In this document: positions 35,038 through 45,273 of the stretch, piece after piece
Layout of the letters: each line of letters opens with the position of its first letter
Position numbering within the stretch: the first letter of the stretch is position 1
Assembly: GCA_001871085.1 (NCBI GenBank)
Contig: MNUQ01000113.1
Location: 11,608 to 75,607 of the forward strand
Direction of reading: 5' to 3'
DNA length: 64,000 nucleotides
DNA from: Desulfovibrionaceae bacterium CG1_02_65_16
GTDB lineage: Bacteria > Desulfobacterota > Desulfovibrionia > Desulfovibrionales > Desulfovibrionaceae
Translations under genes and position numbers: made by a program
The notes under the pieces: model-generated
Database searches by the model: none
Told to the model about the DNA's origin: nothing
The model's input: only the letters and a program-made list of their open reading frames with translations

Positions 35038-36036
35038 ATGTTAGCAAACGCTTCAATTCTCATCACCGGCGGCACCGGCTCTTTCGGGCACACCTTTGTG
35101 CCCATGACGCTGGCGAAATATGATCCGAAGCGGCTGGTCATCTATTCCCGCGACGAAATGAAGCAGTGGGAGATGGCCAAGCTTTACGCCGGCGATCCCC
35201 GGGTGCGTTTCTTCATCGGCGACGTGCGCGACAAAGACCGGCTGGCCAGGGCCCTGCGCGGCGTGGATTATGTTGTTCACGCCGCCGCCACCAAGATCGT
35301 GCCCACGGCCGAGTACAACCCCTTCGAGTGCGTGAAAACCAACGTCATGGGCGCCATGAACCTCATCGACGCCTGCATCGACCAGGGCGTCAAAGGCGTG
35401 GTGGCCCTTTCCACGGACAAGGCCAGCAGTCCGGCCAACTTGTATGGCGCCACCAAGCTCACCAGCGACAAGCTGTTCATCGCCGGCAATTCATACTCCG
35501 GCGCCAGCCACACGCGTTTCGCCGTGGTGCGCTACGGCAACGTCATGGGGTCGCGCGGGTCGGTCATTCCCTTTTTCCTTTCCCAGGCGGCGGGCGGCGA
35601 ACTCTCCATCACCGACGAGCGCATGACGCGTTTCATGATCACCCTGGAGGAGGGCGTGGATTTGGTCTGGCACGCCTTCGACGACATGGTGGGCGGGGAG
35701 ATCTACGTCAAGAAGATTCCGTCCATGAAGGTGACGGACGTTGCCCGCGCGGCGGCCCCGGGGGCCCGGCACAAGATCATCGGCATCCGCCCCGGCGAGA
35801 AGCTTCATGAGCAGATGATCAGCACCGAGGACGCCTATTATACTTACGAGTATGCCGACCATTACAAGATTCTGCCCTCCATTTATAGCTGGGGCGTCGA
35901 CCCCCATCGCATTAAGGACGGCACGAAGGTACCAGAAGGTTTCACCTACTGCTCGGACAACAACACGGATTGGATGAGCATCGAAACCTTGAGCGCGTGG
36001 ATTGATGCGCACCGGGATAAAATAGGCAACATCTGA
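35038..36036 (+). CDS. pseB: UDP-GlcNAc 4,6-dehydratase (inverting)
   Basis: 'ITGGTGSFG', 'YSRDEMKQ', 'FFIGDVRD', 'ALSTDKA..NLYGATK', 'VRYGNVMGSRGSV', 'GIRPGEKLHE'. Confidence 0.93.
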   Translation: MLANASILITGGTGSFGHTFVPMTLAKYDPKRLVIYSRDEMKQWEMAKLYAGDPRVRFFIGDVRDKDRLARALRGVDYVVHAAATKIVPTAEYNPFECVKTNVMGAMNLIDACIDQGVKGVVALSTDKASSPANLYGATKLTSDKLFIAGNSYSGASHTRFAVVRYGNVMGSRGSVIPFFLSQAAGGELSITDERMTRFMITLEEGVDLVWHAFDDMVGGEIYVKKIPSMKVTDVARAAAPGARHKIIGIRPGEKLHEQMISTEDAYYTYEYADHYKILPSIYSWGVDPHRIKDGTKVPEGFTYCSDNNTDWMSIETLSAWIDAHRDKIGNI

Positions 36037-36041
36037 ACGCC

Positions 36042-37202
36042 ATGATTCCTTACGGCCGCCAAGACATCAGCCAGGACGACATCGACGCCGTCGTCGCCGT
36101 GCTGCGTTCGGACTTTTTGACTCAGGGCCCTAGCGTGCCAGCCTTCGAGGGCGCCGTTGCCGGTTACTGCGGCGCGGCGCATGGCGTGGCCGTGAACAGC
36201 GCCACCAGCGCCCTGCATTTGGCCTGCCTGGCGCTGGGCGTCGGCCCCGGCGACGAGGTGTGGACCACGCCCATAACCTTTGTGGCCAGCGCCAATTGCG
36301 CGCTGTACTGCGGCGCGCGCGTAGATTTTGTGGACATAGATCCGCGCACCTACAACATGAGCGTGGAGCGCCTGGCCGAGAAGCTGGAAGGCGCGAGGGA
36401 GACCGGCCGCCTGCCCAAGGTGGTCATCCCTGTGCATCTGTGCGGCCAGCCCTGCGACATGGCCGGCATCCGCGAGCTGAGCCGCCGCTACGGCTTCTCC
36501 GTCATCGAGGACGCCTCCCACGCCATCGGCGGCGGCTACAGGGGCGAGCGCATAGGCAATTGCCGCTACAGCGACATCACAGTGTTCAGCTTCCATCCGG
36601 TCAAGATCGTCACCACGGCCGAGGGCGGCATGGTGCTGACCAACGACGACGCCCTGGCCGGGCGGGTGCGGCTTCTGCGCAGCCACGGCATTACGCGCGA
36701 TGCGGAGGCCATGACCCGCACGCCGGACGGCCCCTGGTATTACCAGCAGGTGGCGCTGGGCTTTAACTACCGCATGACCGATCTACAGGCGGCGCTGGGC
36801 GTGAGCCAGATGCGCCGCATTGATGGATTCGTCGCCCGTCGGCACGAGCTGGCGCGGCGCTACGACACGCTGCTGGCCGACCTCCCCGTGACCACGCCCT
36901 GGCAGCACCCGGACGGCCATTCCGGGCTGCATCTGTATGTCATCCGCCTCAAGTTGCGCGAGATCGACCGCACCCGGCGCGAGGTTTTCGAGTTTTTGCG
37001 CGCGCAGGGGGTAGGGGTGAATGTGCACTACATCCCGGTCCATACCCAGCCGTATTATGCGGGCATGGGCTTCAAGCCGGGCGATTTCCCCGAGGCCATG
37101 CGCTACTACGAAGAGGCCATCAGCCTGCCCATGTTCCCAAAATTGACCGAAGCCGAGCAGGATTTCGTCATCGGGACCCTGCGGAGAGGAGTCGCCAAGT
37201 GA
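36042..37202 (+). CDS. pseC: UDP-4-amino-4,6-dideoxy-N-acetyl-beta-L-altrosamine transaminase
   Basis: 'MIPYGRQDI', 'LTQGP', 'IEDASHA', 'FSFHPVK.TTAEGG', 'GFNYRMTD'; directly follows pseB. Confidence 0.92.
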   Translation: MIPYGRQDISQDDIDAVVAVLRSDFLTQGPSVPAFEGAVAGYCGAAHGVAVNSATSALHLACLALGVGPGDEVWTTPITFVASANCALYCGARVDFVDIDPRTYNMSVERLAEKLEGARETGRLPKVVIPVHLCGQPCDMAGIRELSRRYGFSVIEDASHAIGGGYRGERIGNCRYSDITVFSFHPVKIVTTAEGGMVLTNDDALAGRVRLLRSHGITRDAEAMTRTPDGPWYYQQVALGFNYRMTDLQAALGVSQMRRIDGFVARRHELARRYDTLLADLPVTTPWQHPDGHSGLHLYVIRLKLREIDRTRREVFEFLRAQGVGVNVHYIPVHTQPYYAGMGFKPGDFPEAMRYYEEAISLPMFPKLTEAEQDFVIGTLRRGVAK

Positions 37203-37897
37203 AGGTGGCCATCATTCCCGCGCGTGGCGGCAGCAAACGCATTCCGCGCAAGAACGTCAAGCCGTTCTGCGGCAAGCCCATGCTTGCGTGGTCCATTGAG
37301 GCCGCCCTGGCCAGTGGCTGTTTCGACCGCGTTGTCATGACCACGGATGACGACGAGATCGCCACGGTGGCCGAGGGATTTGGGGCGGAGGCGCCTTTCC
37401 GCCGCCCGCCGGAGCTTGCCGACGACCACACGCCGACGATTCCCGTCGTCGCCCACGCCATCCGCTGGCTGGGCGAGCACGGTCCCGCGCCGGAACTGGC
37501 CTGCTGCCTCTACGCCACAGCGCCCTTTGTCCAGGCGGAGGACATTCGCCGTGGCCTGGACATTCTGCTGCGCGAGGGCTGCGAATACGCGTTCTCGGCC
37601 ACCAGCTTTCCGTTCCCCATTCAGCGGGCCATCCGCATCAACGCCCAGGGGCGTGTGGAGATGTTCCACCCGGAGCATTTCAATACGCGCTCGCAGGACC
37701 TGGAAGAGGCCTACCACGACGCCGGACAGTTCTATTGGGGCCGGGCTTCGGCTTGGCTTGGGGGCAAGATGCTCTTTGCCCCGCACTCCGCGCCCGTGCT
37801 GCTGCCGCGTTGCCGCGTGCAGGACATCGACACGCCGGAGGACTGGCGGCGGGCGGAATCCATGTTCCGCGCCCTCAAGGGCGATAGCTTCGCATAA
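37199..37897 (+). CDS. pseF: Pseudaminic acid cytidylyltransferase
   Basis: 'IIPARGGSKRIPRKN', 'RSQDLEEAYHDAGQFYWG', 'QDIDTPEDW'. Confidence 0.92.
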   Translation: MKVAIIPARGGSKRIPRKNVKPFCGKPMLAWSIEAALASGCFDRVVMTTDDDEIATVAEGFGAEAPFRRPPELADDHTPTIPVVAHAIRWLGEHGPAPELACCLYATAPFVQAEDIRRGLDILLREGCEYAFSATSFPFPIQRAIRINAQGRVEMFHPEHFNTRSQDLEEAYHDAGQFYWGRASAWLGGKMLFAPHSAPVLLPRCRVQDIDTPEDWRRAESMFRALKGDSFA

Positions 37898-37922
37898 CCA
37901 TCTCCCACAAAAAGGAAGACGC

Positions 37923-38549
37923 ATGAGCTACGAAACCGAGCAGGAAGAATTCTGGGCTGGCGAATTCGGCACTGAATATATTGCCCGCAACCAGGGCGAC
38001 GAAATGCTGGCCACGAACCTGCATTTTTTCGACCGTGCGTTGCGCATGGCGCAAAATATCAAGAGCGGTATCGAGTTCGGGGCTAATATTGGGATGAACC
38101 TCAAGGCGATCAAGCTGCTGCGGCCTGGCATTGATCTGCACGCCATTGAAATTAACCCCGACGCCGCGCGCGAACTGGCTAAGACACTGCCAGACGGGAA
38201 CATCTACAACGGATCCATCTTTGAATTCCCCCTGCGGCGGACCTGGGATCTGGCGCTCATCAAGGGCGTGCTCATCCACATCAATCCCGATAAGCTGCCA
38301 GAGGTCTACGACAAGCTGGTCGCTTCCTGCGGCCGGTATCTGCTGGTGGCGGAATATTACAACCCGGCGCCGGTGGCCATTCCCTACCGGGGACACGAAG
38401 ACCGGCTGTTCAAGCGCGACTTCGCCGGGGAAATCATGGATGCGCACTCAGAGATGCGGCTGCTGGACTACGGGTTCGCCTACCACAGGGATCCGAACTA
38501 TCCAGACGCCGACTTGACGTGGTTTCTTATGGAGAAGAAGGCTAGCTGA
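37923..38549 (+). CDS. Pseudaminic acid biosynthesis-associated methylase
   Basis: 'ETEQEEFWAGEFG.EYIARN', 'EFGANIGMNL', 'KGVLIHINP', 'YRGHEDRLFKRDFAGE'. Confidence 0.88.
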   Translation: MSYETEQEEFWAGEFGTEYIARNQGDEMLATNLHFFDRALRMAQNIKSGIEFGANIGMNLKAIKLLRPGIDLHAIEINPDAARELAKTLPDGNIYNGSIFEFPLRRTWDLALIKGVLIHINPDKLPEVYDKLVASCGRYLLVAEYYNPAPVAIPYRGHEDRLFKRDFAGEIMDAHSEMRLLDYGFAYHRDPNYPDADLTWFLMEKKAS

Positions 38550-38570
38550 TGGTTGGGTGGAGGGGGCCTT

Positions 38571-39671
38571 GTGCGCATAGCCTTCCGGGCTGACGCCTCC
38601 CTTGAAATAGGCACGGGGCATGTCATGCGCTGCCTGACTCTGGCCGACGCCTTGCGATCGCGCGGTGCGCTATGTCAGTTCATTTGCCGGGAGCACCCCG
38701 GCAATCTGCTGGACGTTGTTCGGCAGCGCGGGTTTACAGCTGTTGCGCTGCCCAGGACCCAATATCCCGCCGCCGCCGACACCGCCGCCGATCCCCCGCA
38801 CGCCGCCTGGGTCGGCGCGGCCTGGGAGGCCGACGCGCAACAGACGTTGGCGGCCCTCGGCACTGCGCGGCCCGATTGGCTCGTGGTGGATCATTACGGA
38901 CTGGATGAGCGTTGGGAATCGGCGGTTGGCCCGCACTGCGGCAACGTTCTGGTTATCGACGACCTCGCCGACAGGCCACATGCCTGCAACCTTCTGCTGG
39001 ACCAGAACCTTGGCCGTGAGCCGCAAAGCTATGCCGCGTTGCTGCCCGCGTCCGAAGGGCTCCTCATCGGCCCCCGGTTTGCGCTGCTGCGGCCTGAGTT
39101 TGCGGCGTGCCGGCAGCAGAGCTTGGCACGGCGCAACGGTGCGCGGTTGGCCCATCTGCTCGTCGCCATGGGTGGAGCCGACCAGCATAACGCCACAGGG
39201 CTTGTTCTCGAAGCGCTTGCAGCCAGCCCCGTACCCCCCGGTTGCCGGGTGACGGTCGTGTTGGGGCCGCACGCGCCGTGGTTGGAGCAGGTGCGGGCGC
39301 AGGCCGTGCGGTCCGTGTTGCCGATTACTGTCTTGTGCAACGTGCGGGACATGGCCAGCCTGATGGCCGACGCCGACGCCGCAATCGGCGCGGCCGGCTG
39401 CACATCCTGGGAGCGTTGCTGCCTTGGCGTGCCCGCGCTGATTGTTGTTCTCGCGGCGAACCAGATGCAAAACGCCGTGGCGTTGCAAAAGGCGGGCGCA
39501 GTGGATGTCTTGTCCCTCGGCGGCATATCCCAGGAACTGCCTCGCTGGTTCGCCAATCTTTCGGGAGGAGCTGGAGCCTCCCTTGCGGCGCTTTCGGCAA
39601 GCGCCGCCCGCATTGTGGATGGTCTGGGCACGGAGCGGGTCTGCTCGCGTCTGCTCGAAGCGTCCTGTTGA
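38571..39671 (+). CDS. pseG: UDP-2,4-diacylamido-2,4,6-trideoxy-beta-L-altropyranose hydrolase
   Basis: 'IAFRADASLEIGTGHVMRCLTLA', 'VVDHY', 'VIDDLADR', 'AAGCTSWERCCLG'. Confidence 0.9.
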   Translation: MRIAFRADASLEIGTGHVMRCLTLADALRSRGALCQFICREHPGNLLDVVRQRGFTAVALPRTQYPAAADTAADPPHAAWVGAAWEADAQQTLAALGTARPDWLVVDHYGLDERWESAVGPHCGNVLVIDDLADRPHACNLLLDQNLGREPQSYAALLPASEGLLIGPRFALLRPEFAACRQQSLARRNGARLAHLLVAMGGADQHNATGLVLEALAASPVPPGCRVTVVLGPHAPWLEQVRAQAVRSVLPITVLCNVRDMASLMADADAAIGAAGCTSWERCCLGVPALIVVLAANQMQNAVALQKAGAVDVLSLGGISQELPRWFANLSGGAGASLAALSASAARIVDGLGTERVCSRLLEASC

Positions 39672-39954
39672 CCTTTTGCGTCATGTTACAAGCCGGTGGG
39701 ACCGTGCCGCCCGCCGCCGCGCGGGGCTGTCTCTGGAATGGGGCGGTCTGGGCTGGCTGACCGTCTGGACACAGTGGCGAGCGATGGGGTACAAGGTCGA
39801 CAGGTCGTGTGACGCTGTCTGGCTACGCACAATGCCGGCGGCGAGTGTCCATGCCCTGTGCGTGCTCTTGTCCTTGCCGGACCGATACTTCAGACGTGGC
39901 CAGTGGACAGGGCGCGCAACGTTTTGCCGTGATCCGACCTGGAGATCAGCCACA

Positions 39955-40596
39955 GTGGAAATCACCATTCTCTGCACGGACGCGTCGCATCCAGTGAACC
40001 GCCTTCTTGTTCCGTGGGCTGCCCGCCACGCGGAGCACCGGGTGTCGATCGTGCGCTCCCGGTCCGAACTGCCCGGTGGGGATATTCTCTTTTTGGTGTC
40101 TTGCGCAGAGCTTGTGCGTGCGCAGGAGCGGGCTCTGTACGGGGTCTGTCTGGTGCTCCACGCCAGCGCTTTGCCGCTGGGACGGGGGTGGAGTCCGCAT
40201 ATCTGGCAGCTTCTGGAGGGCGCAAGGCGGATAACTCTGACCCTCCTTGAGGCTGAGGATAAGGTGGACAGCGGTCGCATTTGGCAGCGAATGGACTTCG
40301 ACGTGCCGCCGGATGCCTTGTGGGACGAAATCAACGAACGGCTTTTCGCTGCGGAAATGGAACTCATGGATGTTGCGGTGAACGAATACGGCTGCCTTAC
40401 ACCGCAAGAGCAGGACGCCACATTACCACCAACATATTATCAGAAGCGCACTCCGGAAGATAGCCGCATTTCCTCGGAGAAAAGTATCGCCAGCCAGTTT
40501 GATGCCATCAGAGTGTGCGATCCTGAACGGTATCCTGCATTTTTTGAACTGCGCGGGTGCAGGTATAAATTGGTTTTGGAGAAAATGCATGACTGA
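39955..40596 (+). CDS. Formyltransferase-family protein (putative sugar N-formyltransferase)
   Basis: 'LVLHASALPLGRGWSPHIWQ', 'LEAEDKVDSGRI', 'RVCDPERYPAFF'; overlaps the pseI start. Confidence 0.82.
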   Translation: MEITILCTDASHPVNRLLVPWAARHAEHRVSIVRSRSELPGGDILFLVSCAELVRAQERALYGVCLVLHASALPLGRGWSPHIWQLLEGARRITLTLLEAEDKVDSGRIWQRMDFDVPPDALWDEINERLFAAEMELMDVAVNEYGCLTPQEQDATLPPTYYQKRTPEDSRISSEKSIASQFDAIRVCDPERYPAFFELRGCRYKLVLEKMHD

Positions 40597-41638
40597 CACG
40601 GTTGTCATCTCCAAACGAAAAATCGGTCCGGATGCGCCGCCCTATGTCATTGCCGAGATGTCCGCCAATCATAACGGCAGCATCGAAGCGGCGCTGCGTA
40701 TTATTGAGGAGGCGAAAAAGGCCGGTGCCGACGCGCTGAAGATGCAGACCTACACGGCCGATACCTTGACGCTCGACTGCGCGGACGAGGACTTCGTCAT
40801 CCACGGCGGCCTTTGGGCGGGCAGGACGCTCCACGACCTGTACAAAGAGGCCCACACCCCCTGGGAATGGCACAAGCCGTTGTTTGAGCACGCCCGCAAG
40901 GTCGGCATCACCATCTTCAGCACGCCCTTCGACAGCACCGCCGTTGATCTTTTGGAAGATTTAAACGCGCCGGCGTACAAAATCGCCTCATTCGAGGCCG
41001 TGGACTTGGCGCTTATCCGCTACGTCGCAGCCACCGGCAAGCCGATGATCATCTCCACCGGCATGGCCGACGCCGAGGAAATCCTGGAAGCCGTGGACAC
41101 GGCGCGGCAAGCCGGCTGCAAGGAGCTCGCGCTGCTGCACTGCGTCAGCGGGTATCCCGCCCCGGCCGGCGAGTACAACCTGCGCACCATTCCAGACATG
41201 GCGGAGCGTTTCGGCGTGCCGGTGGGGCTGTCAGATCACACGCTAAGCAACGCCACAGCCATTGCCAGCGTCGCCCTGGGCGCGTGCGTCATTGAAAAGC
41301 ATTTCACCCTGGACCGCAGTGGCGGCGGGCCAGACGACAGCTTCTCCGTCGAGCCGGCGCAGCTCGCCAGTTTGTGCGCGGACGTGCGCACGGCTTGGCA
41401 GGCGTTGGGAGCGGCCGGGTATCACCGCCGGAGCAGCGAAAAAGGCAATGTGCAATTCCGCCGCTCGCTGTATTTTGTATTCGATCTGCCGCAAGGCACC
41501 GTCATCACGCCGGAGTCCGTGCGCTCCGTACGCCCAGGATACGGCTTGGCGCCGAAGTTCCTCCCCGAGATACTTGGGCGTAAAGTGTGCCGCGACATAG
41601 CCAAGAACACCCCGGTCACTCTGGAATGTTTTGAGTGA
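40589..41638 (+). CDS. pseI: Pseudaminic acid synthase
   Basis: 'IAEMSANHNG', 'KMQTYTADT', 'AHTPWEWH', 'YKIASFE', 'GLSDHT', 'IEKHFTL', C-terminal SAF 'RPGYGL'. Confidence 0.93.
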   Translation: MTDTVVISKRKIGPDAPPYVIAEMSANHNGSIEAALRIIEEAKKAGADALKMQTYTADTLTLDCADEDFVIHGGLWAGRTLHDLYKEAHTPWEWHKPLFEHARKVGITIFSTPFDSTAVDLLEDLNAPAYKIASFEAVDLALIRYVAATGKPMIISTGMADAEEILEAVDTARQAGCKELALLHCVSGYPAPAGEYNLRTIPDMAERFGVPVGLSDHTLSNATAIASVALGACVIEKHFTLDRSGGGPDDSFSVEPAQLASLCADVRTAWQALGAAGYHRRSSEKGNVQFRRSLYFVFDLPQGTVITPESVRSVRPGYGLAPKFLPEILGRKVCRDIAKNTPVTLECFE

Positions 41639-41735
41639 CCCCCCCGTGCGGGGTGGTCTCCCGCTCTCTACGGACAGAACAAAATACCCCGGCGCGGCGT
41701 ATTCCTTCAAGCCTTGCCGGAGTAGGAGTGCCTTG

Positions 41736-42731
41736 ATGCGAGCAATGCTCATCGGCTGCGGAAAAATAGGCAGCGGCTTTGCGGACGACCCGCGCGTGCG
41801 CGGCGTGCTCGCCCATGCCCATGCCTACAGCCTGTGCCCGGCAACAACCCTTGTCGCCGTGGCGGACGCCAGCATTGATGCGGCCGAGCGCTGTGCGCGC
41901 CGCTGGAGCGTGCCCGCCTGGGGCGCCGATCCCCAGCGGCTGCTCGCCGAGGTGAAACCGGACATCGTCAGCGTGTGCTCGCCGGACGCCACCCATCACG
42001 AGCTCATCATGGCCGCTCTGCAAACCCCTGGCGTGCGCGGAGTGCTGGCGGAAAAGCCTTTGGCGATGACTGCCGCTGACGCTGCGGACATCGTCGCCGC
42101 GGCGCGGGCCAAGAATGTACGGCTCGCCGTCAACTATAGCCGGCGTTACGCCGCGGGGCACGTCCGCCTGCGCGAAGAGATTCGGGCCGGCCGGCTGGGG
42201 CGCATCCAGCGCGTTGCCGGTTTGTACACCAAGGGCGCGCTGCACAACGGCACCCACTGGTTCGACCTCGCCCGGTTCCTTGTGGGCGAGGTGGCCGCGG
42301 TGCAAGGCTGGAATTTGCTGGGCGAGCCTGGGCCGGACCCCACCCTTGACTGCCTGCTGCGTTTTGAATGCGGCGCTGTCGGCAGTTTGCAGGCGCTCGA
42401 CAGCCAGCTCTTCAGCCTCTTCGAGATGGACATTGTGGGCAGCCTTGGGCGCGCCCGGCTCGTTGATTCCGGACACTGGATTGAGCACACGCATGTTGCG
42501 GACAGCCCCTACTATTCCGGCTACGCCACGCTGATGCCCGAGGGCCGCGTGCCCGGCGTGCTGGAGAACTGCACCCTGCGGGCGGTCGAGGATCTCGCCG
42601 CTTGCATCGAGACCGACCATGTCCCCCGGTGCAGCGGCGAGGACGCCCTGCGCGCCCTTCAAATCGGGCTGGCCCTGCACGATTCGGCCCGCGCGGACGG
42701 AACCATGCGCACTCCGGGAGGCGGCGCGTGA
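41736..42731 (+). CDS. Gfo/Idh/MocA-family oxidoreductase
   Basis: 'LIGCGKIG', 'DIVSVCSPDATH', 'VLAEKPLA', 'HNGTHWFD'. Confidence 0.88.
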   Translation: MRAMLIGCGKIGSGFADDPRVRGVLAHAHAYSLCPATTLVAVADASIDAAERCARRWSVPAWGADPQRLLAEVKPDIVSVCSPDATHHELIMAALQTPGVRGVLAEKPLAMTAADAADIVAAARAKNVRLAVNYSRRYAAGHVRLREEIRAGRLGRIQRVAGLYTKGALHNGTHWFDLARFLVGEVAAVQGWNLLGEPGPDPTLDCLLRFECGAVGSLQALDSQLFSLFEMDIVGSLGRARLVDSGHWIEHTHVADSPYYSGYATLMPEGRVPGVLENCTLRAVEDLAACIETDHVPRCSGEDALRALQIGLALHDSARADGTMRTPGGGA

Positions 42732-43837
42732 ACAACGGTACGGTCATTTTTACCGTCGCCGGCGACGCGGGCGGGGCCAACGCTTTGCTGCCGGTCATCG
42801 CGCGGCTGCGCGCGGCCGGCGCGGCGCTGTTTCCAGCCGGCTATGCAACGGTTCCAGATTTGTGGCGCGCCAAGGACGAGACCGTTCTGGAACTTCCGGC
42901 GGAAACAAGCATCGCCCAGGCCGGGGAGATGCTCCGCGCCCACGGCGCTGGCCTGCTGCTCACCGGGACGTCCGTCAATGGTGTCGACCTGGAGCGTAGA
43001 TTCGTCCTCGCCGCCCGGGCGGCCGGCATCCCGACGCTTGCGTTGCTGGATTTCTGGTCGAACTACGCGCCACGGTTCTCCTCCGCTCCTGGCCGCCTGG
43101 ATTGCCTGCCCGACGCCATCGCCGTCATGGACGAACTGGCCATGAAGGAAATGACGGCCGAGGGATTTCCCGCCCATATCCTGCACGTCACCGGCCAGCC
43201 GCTGTTTGACAACCTGGCTGAACTGCGCGCCGGGTTGACACCGAATCGGCGCAAGGCCCTGCGCGCCAGTGTGGGCGTGCGCGAGGGCGAACGGCTTGTG
43301 GCCTTCGCCTGCCAGCCGCTTAACGACGTGTACCGCGAGCATGGCGCACGCGCGGTGCTGGGGTATGACGAATGGGACGCGTTGCCCGCGGTCATCGACA
43401 CCCTTGAGGCCCTGCGCGCCGAACTGCCCCTGCGTCTGCTGCTGTTGCCGCATCCGCGCGAGCCCAAGGGCAAATACGACGCGGCGGCCGCCCGGTCGTG
43501 GATCGCCTTTGCGCCGTCGTTCACGTCATCGCGCGAGGTGGCCCTCGTTGCGGACCTCATGGTTGGCATGAACTCCATGCTGCTGATGGAGAGCGTGCTG
43601 CTCGGCACGCCCGCGCTCAGCGTGCAGCCGAATTTGCGCGCGCGCGACGCCCTGCCCATGAGCCGCAATGGCGTCATCCCCCGCGTGGAGCGGCTGAAGG
43701 AATTGCCGGGAGTGTTGCGTGGCCTGTTTGGGACCCCGGCGGGTCAGGCGCTGGCGGCGCAACACGTGTCGGCCGCGGGCCGTGTCGCCGAACTGGCCCT
43801 GCGTCTGTTGAATCAGGGGGCCGTTTCCGGAGCTTGA
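42728..43837 (+). CDS. Putative GT-B-fold sugar transferase / hypothetical glycan protein
   Basis: Translationally coupled to the upstream gene; 'GDAGGANA', 'LDFWSNY', 'VTGQP', 'PHPRE', 'VGMNSMLLMES'. Confidence 0.6.
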   Translation: MNNGTVIFTVAGDAGGANALLPVIARLRAAGAALFPAGYATVPDLWRAKDETVLELPAETSIAQAGEMLRAHGAGLLLTGTSVNGVDLERRFVLAARAAGIPTLALLDFWSNYAPRFSSAPGRLDCLPDAIAVMDELAMKEMTAEGFPAHILHVTGQPLFDNLAELRAGLTPNRRKALRASVGVREGERLVAFACQPLNDVYREHGARAVLGYDEWDALPAVIDTLEALRAELPLRLLLLPHPREPKGKYDAAAARSWIAFAPSFTSSREVALVADLMVGMNSMLLMESVLLGTPALSVQPNLRARDALPMSRNGVIPRVERLKELPGVLRGLFGTPAGQALAAQHVSAAGRVAELALRLLNQGAVSGA

Positions 43838-43953
43838 ACGCCCCTTGCGAAACAGGCCCGGCGCGGTGTATTGCACAGCAACAGTCAACCGTATCCGCCC
43901 ACGTCACACGGCTCGGCGGGGAACGGCGCAACAGCAGCACTTAAGGAGACCAC

Positions 43954-45222
43954 GTGAGCAAGCTGGCCTTGTTGGGGGGCTCCCCCGTTCGTACACGCCC
44001 CTTTCCCGACTACGTGACCATAGGTGACGAGGAGAAGCAGGCAGTCATGGAAGTGCTCGACAGCGCGGCGCTTTCCAGCTTTCTGGGCACTTGGTCGCCC
44101 CAGTTCTACGGCGGAACCCGCGTGCAGGCGCTGGAGCGCGCCTGGGAGGCGCATTTCGGCGTCAAGCACGCCGTCAGCGTCAACTCCGCCACCTCCGGCC
44201 TTTATGCGGCGGTGGGCGCGGCAGGCGTCGGCCCCGGCGACGAGGTCATCGTCTCCCCGTACACCATGTCGGCCTCGGCCACGGCGGCCGTGGTTTACGG
44301 CGGCGTCCCCGTTTTCGCGGACATCGACCCCGAAACCTTCTGCATCAGCCCGGCCACCATCGCCCCGCGCATCACCCCGCGCACCAGGGCCATCATCGTG
44401 GTGGATATCTTCGGCCATCCCGCGGACATGGCCGGCATCATGACCCTGGCCCGCCAGCATAACCTTGTGGTCATTGAGGACACGGCCCAGGCCCCGGGCG
44501 CGACGTTGAACGGCCGCTGGGCTGGAACGCTGGGCCACATGGGCGTGTACAGCCTCAACTACCACAAAACCATTCACTGCGGAGAGGGCGGCGTGATCGT
44601 CACTGATGACGACCGCCTGGCCGAGCGCCTGCAACTCATCCGCAATCATGGCGAAGTGGTGGTGAAGGACAAGGGCGTCACGGACATCATCAACCTGGTG
44701 GGCTTCAACTACCGCATGACGGAGATTGAGGCGGCCATCGCCCTGGAGCAGCTGAAAAAGCTCGACGGGCTTGTGGCCAGACGCCGCGCCGTTGCCGACC
44801 GTATGCGCGCGGGCCTGTCCGGTCTGCCCGCGCTTTGCCCGCCGGTGGTGAAACCCGGCGTGGAGCACGGCTGGTACGTGTTCGCCATGCGCTTCAACGC
44901 GTCCGTGGCGGGCATAAGCCGCGCGCGGTTTGTGGAGGCGTTGCGCGCCGAGGGCGTGCCCCTGGCCGTGGGCTATGTGGAGCCCATTTACCTGGAGCCC
45001 ATGTACCAGCAGCGCATCGCCCTTGGCCGTGACGGCTTCCCCTTCACCCTGGCCGACCCCGGCGTGAGTTATGCGCGCGGCCTGTGCCCGGTGACGGAGC
45101 GCATGCACTTCGAGGAAGTCGTGTGCACCAGCATTTGCCACGCGGACACGACGGACGCGGATGTGGACGACTTTGTGGCGGCCGTGCGCAAGGTGCTGGA
45201 GAACGCGGCGGATCTCAAGTAG
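43954..45222 (+). CDS. DegT/DnrJ/EryC1/StrS-family aminotransferase
   Basis: AAGGAG RBS; 'VNSATSGL', 'VIEDTAQAPGA', 'YSLNYHKTIHCGEGG', 'GFNYRMTE'. Confidence 0.92.
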   Translation: MSKLALLGGSPVRTRPFPDYVTIGDEEKQAVMEVLDSAALSSFLGTWSPQFYGGTRVQALERAWEAHFGVKHAVSVNSATSGLYAAVGAAGVGPGDEVIVSPYTMSASATAAVVYGGVPVFADIDPETFCISPATIAPRITPRTRAIIVVDIFGHPADMAGIMTLARQHNLVVIEDTAQAPGATLNGRWAGTLGHMGVYSLNYHKTIHCGEGGVIVTDDDRLAERLQLIRNHGEVVVKDKGVTDIINLVGFNYRMTEIEAAIALEQLKKLDGLVARRRAVADRMRAGLSGLPALCPPVVKPGVEHGWYVFAMRFNASVAGISRARFVEALRAEGVPLAVGYVEPIYLEPMYQQRIALGRDGFPFTLADPGVSYARGLCPVTERMHFEEVVCTSICHADTTDADVDDFVAAVRKVLENAADLK

Positions 45223-45273
45223 GGCGTTCGTCAGCGGCCAGAGCCGTTTCCCCGTGCCGGGATTTTTACCGTC

